Virus record (IMG/VR): IMGVR_UViG_3300030397_000377
Coordinates: 1 to 41,226 of that record
DNA: 41,226 nt
Source: a virus
Taxonomy: Duplodnaviria; Caudoviricetes
Direction: 5' to 3' (one strand)
Shown piece after piece: positions 36,874 through 41,226 of this stretch; the stretch's first letter is position 1, and every line of letters begins with the position of its first letter. A program made the position numbers and the translations under genes. Below the pieces are notes generated by a model. It saw only the letters and a program-made list of their open reading frames with translations, had not been told where the DNA came from and searched no databases.

Positions 36874-37128
36874 GTGATGGCTAAGGAAGTCATTCTTTTG
36901 CAGGAAAGCGTTTGGCAGTCGTTTTGTCGGGACGCACTCACGTTCGCCACCTTCGCCGCCATGATTGGGCTGGGCGTCTATCTCGACAGTTCGGCGATGC
37001 AATGGGTCGGCGGGGTTCTGTTTTTCATCGCCCTGATGGCGCGAGTTGTGAATACCGGCAAGCGCAACACCTACACAATCGAACAGGCGCGGGAGAAGCT
37101 GGATGAAATCGAGGAGGCGAGACAATGA
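36874..37128 (+). CDS. Two-TM membrane protein
   Basis: ESVWQS, IGLGVYLDSSAMQWVG; hydrophobic. Confidence 0.7.
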   Translation: MMAKEVILLQESVWQSFCRDALTFATFAAMIGLGVYLDSSAMQWVGGVLFFIALMARVVNTGKRNTYTIEQAREKLDEIEEARQ

Positions 37129-37313
37129 CTTTCAGCCCCAAATTTTGGCGCGGGATTTTATACGGCTCGTGCTTCGGCTTGTGTTTAGGCATGTACCTGA
37201 CAAGCCAACTGTACGTGGGGAAGCTGCCGGATAATCCGTCTTACGTAGAGCAAATGGACAGGAAGATACAAGAGCGGCTTGGCTTGCCGCCGCTGAATGT
37301 GAGGCCGAAATGA
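37125..37313 (+). CDS. Small single-TM protein (paralogue of 38787..38945)
   Basis: GxxxG-rich TM followed by KLPDNPSYVEQ. Confidence 0.7.
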   Translation: MTFSPKFWRGILYGSCFGLCLGMYLTSQLYVGKLPDNPSYVEQMDRKIQERLGLPPLNVRPK

Positions 37314-37495
37314 GTATCGATATTTCATGGTGGGCGTTGCCGCTCGTAATTACGGTCGCCGTGATGATGTGGGCAATCATGAAGCCCGCAGAGTATTCCG
37401 GCGATTATTCATTTGATGTGCTGCCAATCTTTCGGATGTTCATCGCCGTCATCGTGTCTTTGGCGAGTTGGCTTATTTGGAGCTTAACCCAATGA
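37310..37495 (+). CDS. Small two-TM membrane protein
   Basis: WWALPLVITV...SLASWLIW. Confidence 0.7.
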   Translation: MSIDISWWALPLVITVAVMMWAIMKPAEYSGDYSFDVLPIFRMFIAVIVSLASWLIWSLTQ

Positions 37496-37800
37496 CAGAC
37501 CTTATAGAGAAAGTGGCGCGAGAGCTGTGCCGCGACGAATGTCAGGAACTAAAACTAAATGGCGAATGCCCTTGTTACGACACTAACAAAAAAGCATGGT
37601 CACCTAGCGCCAAAGCAGCCATCACCACCGTCCTGAGAGAAATGATGCTTGAGCAACTTCCGAAGGCCGTAACACAGGCGGGCGGGTCGGTGCTGTTTGA
37701 ACATGGCGTTTCATCGCACTTGGCTGGCGAGGTTTGGGTCGCAATGCATAGGGAAATCGCCATCCAACACGGAATACAGATAGGAGGGGATGATGAGTGA
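37492..37800 (+). CDS. Hypothetical protein
   Basis: MTDLIEKVARELC motif; GGAG RBS; ATGA overlap. Confidence 0.65.
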   Translation: MTDLIEKVARELCRDECQELKLNGECPCYDTNKKAWSPSAKAAITTVLREMMLEQLPKAVTQAGGSVLFEHGVSSHLAGEVWVAMHREIAIQHGIQIGGDDE

Positions 37801-38041
37801 GTGGCACGACATTACAAGCGCCGCCAAGGATGGGACTTGGTACAGGCTTTTCATTCCCGCCTTAGTGGATGGAGATAAGTTGTTAGGTCACTACGCGCCC
37901 GGCCAGCGTGAAGGCTATTGGGTTGGCAGTGTTGAGCACGGGGAGTGGATAACGCCGGGAACGATGGCCTCTGGCGGCGTTCACCCGACATACTTCATGC
38001 CCCTCCCAGAACCACCAAAGGAGCCCACAACCAATGGCTGA
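37790..38041 (+). CDS. DUF551-like protein
   Basis: MSEWHDITSAAKDGT...PTYFMPLPEPP. Confidence 0.75.
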   Translation: MMSEWHDITSAAKDGTWYRLFIPALVDGDKLLGHYAPGQREGYWVGSVEHGEWITPGTMASGGVHPTYFMPLPEPPKEPTTNG

Positions 38042-38047
38042 CATGCA

Positions 38048-38302
38048 ATGAAGGCAAAGCGCATTCGGCAGGAACAAGCTGTAGGGCCGCGCGGGTTCTC
38101 GCGATGGGTGCAACCGCAGATGGGGAAGTATTTTATAGCGTGTTGCGACTGTGGGTTAGTGCACGAGATGCAGTTTCGGGTTGCGAGCGGGGCAGTCAAA
38201 GGAAAAGACGAGGGGCAGAGAATGCACGTGCAATTCAGGACAAGGCGCGCGCCGAAATATACGGCACGGGAGCGCAAGAAAATGGGAATTGTCTTCAAAT
38301 GA
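38048..38302 (+). CDS. Conserved phage hypothetical protein
   Basis: WVQPQMGKYFIACCDCGLVH motif. Confidence 0.7.
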   Translation: MKAKRIRQEQAVGPRGFSRWVQPQMGKYFIACCDCGLVHEMQFRVASGAVKGKDEGQRMHVQFRTRRAPKYTARERKKMGIVFK

Positions 38303-38790
38303 TAGCCGCCGCCAACAAAAGAAAGAAGCGCAACCAAGTTGACCCGCACGACCGGGGAACGCCTGAAACTCGGCGGAAGCTGCAACGGGAGGGAACCTTT
38401 GAGCGCGTCATGAAAAACGAGCGCAAGAAGGGCAATAGAAATGTAGATGATATCGAGCGTGCTGCAACGGAAATTGAACGTGTTTATTTTCACATCACAA
38501 GGAGCTTGTTTGCCAAGTGTGCAAGCCTGGAGCGTGTAGACGGTGGAACACCCGCTGATGCGCCCGGATGGATAGTGAGCGCCTACACAGACCGTTATCT
38601 TCCTTGGGTGGACCAGCTACGTTCCATGAGAACGACACGTGCCCACGCTGTGATAATCGACGTTCTGATAGAGAATGAAAGCCTTAAACGAATAGAGCGC
38701 AGCAGGAATCTTCAAAAAGGCATGGCACGGCAGGTTGTCTTATCATTCCTGAAGCTTTATGCTGACATGGCAGGATGGAGCACAAGATGA
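38299..38790 (+). CDS. Putative late-transcription regulator (Q-like position, C-terminal HTH)
   Basis: IDVLIENESLKRIERSRNLQKGMARQVVLSFLKLY resembles a sigma-4-like HTH; last large gene before the late promoter. Confidence 0.55.
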   Translation: MIAAANKRKKRNQVDPHDRGTPETRRKLQREGTFERVMKNERKKGNRNVDDIERAATEIERVYFHITRSLFAKCASLERVDGGTPADAPGWIVSAYTDRYLPWVDQLRSMRTTRAHAVIIDVLIENESLKRIERSRNLQKGMARQVVLSFLKLYADMAGWSTR

Positions 38791-38945
38791 TTAACATCAC
38801 ATATTTGCGCGGGTGCCTACTTGGTACATTTATAGGTCTATGCATTGGAATGGCCCTTATGAGCCAGATGTTTGCATACAAGCTTCCGGACAATCCGAAT
38901 TATGTCGAGCAGACAAAGCAGAAGATTCAGGATAGGCTTCGTTGA
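38787..38945 (+). CDS. Small single-TM protein (52 aa, below track cut-off; paralogue of 37125..37313)
   Basis: MINITYLRGCLLGTFIGLCIGMALMSQMFAYKLPDNPNYVEQTKQKIQDRLR. Confidence 0.65.
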   Translation: MINITYLRGCLLGTFIGLCIGMALMSQMFAYKLPDNPNYVEQTKQKIQDRLR

Positions 38946-39277
38946 CCCGACTTCATGTAACAAAACACGCGGTGCGCCGATATATAGACCGTATAGAACC
39001 GCACATGACATTTCGGGAGGCGCGGCACGATCTGAACCGGATTAAAACGCAAGGCGTTCGCTTTAGTGGGAGGCCCAAAGACCAGGAGCACATGTGGCAT
39101 CCAATGGGTATAGTCATGGTTGCCACGAATGAGGCGGTTGTAACTGTCCTGTCGCGCCGACAAAGCCAAAAATTTATTGGAAGAAAGCTTCAGAACGGCA
39201 AGAAGGCGAAGCTAAATTGGCGGACACGTTTGTCGGGCTTGGTTAGGCGTTGGTTTGGGCAATCCACACCTAAATAA
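38942..39277 (+). CDS. Hypothetical protein (TxHAxxRY motif, RelE-like fold possible)
   Basis: VTKHAVRRYIDRI...VVTVL. Confidence 0.6.
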   Translation: MTRLHVTKHAVRRYIDRIEPHMTFREARHDLNRIKTQGVRFSGRPKDQEHMWHPMGIVMVATNEAVVTVLSRRQSQKFIGRKLQNGKKAKLNWRTRLSGLVRRWFGQSTPK

Positions 39278-39282
39278 AAAGT

Positions 39283-39334
39283 TACACAACATGTTGTGTA
39301 GGTGTTGACGCCGGACCAGCTTATATGGTATGAA
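39283..39334 (+). promoter_or_regulatory. Putative late promoter with upstream 18-bp palindrome
   Basis: Perfect palindrome TACACAACATGTTGTGTA (39283-39300), then TTGACG-18 nt-TATGAA. Confidence 0.6.
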
Positions 39335-39533
39335 CGCCATAATCGAATCACTGCGTAAGATTTTCGTCCCCCTTTGGTCGGTTCCGTGTCACTCTACGTT
39401 CCAGCGAAGGTGTGACACGCTCGAAACCTGCTCCGCGTGCATAGCCACGCGGCATCTTGCAGGTTCAGGCTTGCAAGACACAGCATGGCCGGTGCCTCTT
39501 CCCGATAGGGTACGCATCGGTCTTCGTTTTTTC

Positions 39534-39565
39534 AGCCCGCCCGGCACACGTCGCGGCGGGTTTTT
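39534..39565 (+). terminator. Intrinsic terminator in the late leader
   Basis: AGCCCGCC...GGCGGGTT stem with a T5 tail. Confidence 0.6.
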
Positions 39566-39629
39566 CAGTTCGGCGCGGGAGTCCTGGGTTCGCCGAAGCC
39601 TCGTGCACAAGGCCCCGCACATTTCATTT

Positions 39630-39706
39630 CTGGGTGTAGCTCAGTCTGGCAGAGTGCTGGACTTGGAATCCAGAGGTCGAAGGTTCGAGTCCTTCCACCC
39701 AGACCA
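39630..39706 (+). tRNA. tRNA-Pro(TGG)
   Basis: Acceptor CTGGGTG/CACCCAG, anticodon arm CTGGA-CTTGGAA-TCCAG, GGTTCGAGTCC T arm, encoded CCA. Confidence 0.95.
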
Positions 39707-39761
39707 AACGAAAGACAGAACAATGAACAGCAACCAGACAACGGTTGGCGGCACAGGCATC

Positions 39762-39838
39762 GCCACCGTAGCTCAAATGGCAGAGCGTCTCCCTCGTAAG
39801 GAGTTGGTTGCGGGTTCGAGTCCTCGCCGGTGGCCCCA
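39762..39838 (+). tRNA. tRNA-Thr(CGT), slightly atypical
   Basis: Acceptor GCCACCG/CGGTGGC, anticodon loop CTCGTAA, encoded CCA; one extra base in the T arm. Confidence 0.85.
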
Positions 39839-39862
39839 CTAAACCATTGATATAATTGGACA

Positions 39863-40378
39863 ATGCCTCAACAGAAAAAGACTGAGACCACGGAAGCCTT
39901 TAAGGCCCTTTCATCTGAGGAGCAGGAGTGGTGTGTCCTGGTGTCCATGGGAGAGAACAACACGGACGCTTACAGGAAGGTTTATCCCGATAGGGCGGAA
40001 AGCTGGACGGACGGGGCGTTGAGAGTTGCTGCACATCGCTTATCGAAGAAGGCTAATGTGCTGCTTATTCTGGACAGCATGGCGGAGGAACAGCAGGAGC
40101 GCGCCAACGTCACGCTTGAAAGCCATGTCTCAGAGCTTGGAAGGCTCGCAAAACGTGCAGAACTCGCAGGCAATTACGGTGCAGCCGTGAATGCGGAAGT
40201 GAACAGAGGCAAGGCAGCGGGGCTGTATGTAGAGCGCACAGCAGACGTAACCCCGACCGATCCCATAACCCTCCTAACACAGCTTGCAGAGACATGCCCT
40301 GAAGCTGCCCAGGCACTGGCGAGAAAGTATGGGTATGAGCTGGAGATGCTGGATACGGAAGGAGAGACAATACAGTGA
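39863..40378 (+). CDS. terS: Terminase small subunit
   Basis: N-terminal HTH (NNTDAYRKVY...AAHRLSKKANV) and VTLESHVSELGRL...AAVNAEVNRGKAAGLYVER oligomerisation segment. Confidence 0.82.
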   Translation: MPQQKKTETTEAFKALSSEEQEWCVLVSMGENNTDAYRKVYPDRAESWTDGALRVAAHRLSKKANVLLILDSMAEEQQERANVTLESHVSELGRLAKRAELAGNYGAAVNAEVNRGKAAGLYVERTADVTPTDPITLLTQLAETCPEAAQALARKYGYELEMLDTEGETIQ

Positions 40379-40602
40379 GTGAGCCAGCACGCTGCCGAGG
40401 CTGTCTGTATTGGGTGCAGAAAAAGAACACAAAAGGACTTTGCAGGCGTTTCCCGCCTACTGTTGTGCATGTGCCGCGATGGGGCGATGAGACAGCATGG
40501 CCAAGGCTGAGCGCAGACGATTGGTGTGGGGAGTGGAAGGACAAGACAAAGCACACACTGCATGAGGATGAGCTACCTAACCTGGAGCACCTATCAACAT
40601 GA
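40375..40602 (+). CDS. Small four-Cys protein (HiPIP-like spacing)
   Basis: CRGCLYW...GLCRRFPP...DWCGEW. Confidence 0.7.
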   Translation: MSEPARCRGCLYWVQKKNTKGLCRRFPPTVVHVPRWGDETAWPRLSADDWCGEWKDKTKHTLHEDELPNLEHLST

Positions 40603-40808
40603 ACATGGCTGACGTTCACATTACTGGAAAGCAGATAGCGCCAGGCATCTACAGGACATGTGTAGTTCACAGACCTACAGGGCTTAAGGGGTGGCTGGAT
40701 AGGCCAGAACGCCCAGGAGATTTGCAGGCATTGATTGGAGCGCTGGCGGAGTCAGTAGACGAATGGAACAGGTGCGCTGCTGTCGAGAGGTGTAGAGAGC
40801 CAGCATGA
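40599..40808 (+). CDS. Hypothetical protein
   Basis: ATGA-coupled ORF. Confidence 0.55.
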   Translation: MNMADVHITGKQIAPGIYRTCVVHRPTGLKGWLDRPERPGDLQALIGALAESVDEWNRCAAVERCREPA

Positions 40809-40996
40809 ACCCACATTGCAGGATAGGCTGGGTAAAGCTCAAGGGCATAAGCCACAGCTTCTATGTGCCTGGAGTCTTGTATGCTGATGGCTTTACAAGG
40901 GCATTTACGACAACTGCACCGTATAGGTACGCCGTCAAGGACCGCAGCCCGAACTGGGAGTGTGGAGTTGTAGAGGGTGACAGTGGGTTGGACTAG
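40805..40996 (+). CDS. Hypothetical protein
   Basis: ATGA-coupled ORF. Confidence 0.5.
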   Translation: MNPHCRIGWVKLKGISHSFYVPGVLYADGFTRAFTTTAPYRYAVKDRSPNWECGVVEGDSGLD

Positions 40997-41113
40997 CTGT
41001 TAGTGGGGTATAGAAACCACATGTGTGTTTTTCCACCCCAAACAGGAACACCACCTGACAAGCCCATAGAGCCCCGTACAGCAACGTTTTATGCCCCCCT
41101 ACCCTGGGGGCGT

Positions 41114-41175
41114 ACATACCATGAACAGGTACATGAGCCGTGAACACTGCATGAACACTGCACATACCATGAACA
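41114..41175 (+). repeat. Short direct-repeat cluster
   Basis: ACATACCATGAACA at 41114 and 41162; TGAACACTGCA tandem at 41141 and 41152. Confidence 0.75.
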
Positions 41176-41209
41176 TAGCAGGAACAGGGACATTACCAGG
41201 GGGGGGGGT

Positions 41210-41226
41210 GATCGTGACTGGGAAAC
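41210..41226 (-). other. Random-amplification primer remnant, library artefact
   Basis: Reverse complement of 1-17. Confidence 0.92.

Noticed and set aside
26280-39277. Integrase, partition genes, attP or cI indicating lysogeny
   Set aside because: No recombinase, ParA or S24-peptidase repressor motifs were recognised.
39330-39842. 170-aa ORF and antisense ORFs in the track
   Set aside because: They overlap two tRNAs and the structured leader and have no protein-like features.
1-41226. 17-bp terminal inverted repeats suggesting a protein-primed linear genome or transposon
   Set aside because: The sequence is the standard random-amplification primer. There is no protein-primed polymerase or transposase, and the terminase is P22-like.

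Overview
The window is a near-complete, circularly permuted ~41 kb podovirus-type dsDNA phage genome, probably infecting an alphaproteobacterium (host is inference only). Both contig ends carry the 17-nt random-amplification primer GTTTCCCAGTCACGATC, so they are library artefacts and not phage termini. The late (+) region runs terS (39863) across the contig break to a putative head-fibre module, then four glycosyltransferase-like genes plus a sulfotransferase, P22-like terL, portal, scaffold, major capsid, tail adaptor/nozzle, three ejection proteins, tail fibres, a lipoprotein-like SGNH acetylesterase, lysis genes, a phosphoesterase and an HNH nuclease. A leftward early operon (32771 to 26280) holds small genes, an SSB and an HNH. 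A rightward early/middle operon holds a cro-like gene, a DnaA domain-IV protein, an Hjc-like resolvase, an adenine MTase, a replication-initiator-like domain and a Q-like regulator, followed by two tRNAs. I found no cI, integrase, DNA polymerase, primase or helicase. The most notable items are the glycosylation/sulfation cassette between terS and terL, several dense RNA hairpin arrays, and tandem NrdR-like boxes on the late promoter. All protein calls are from motif recognition by eye, not database searches.
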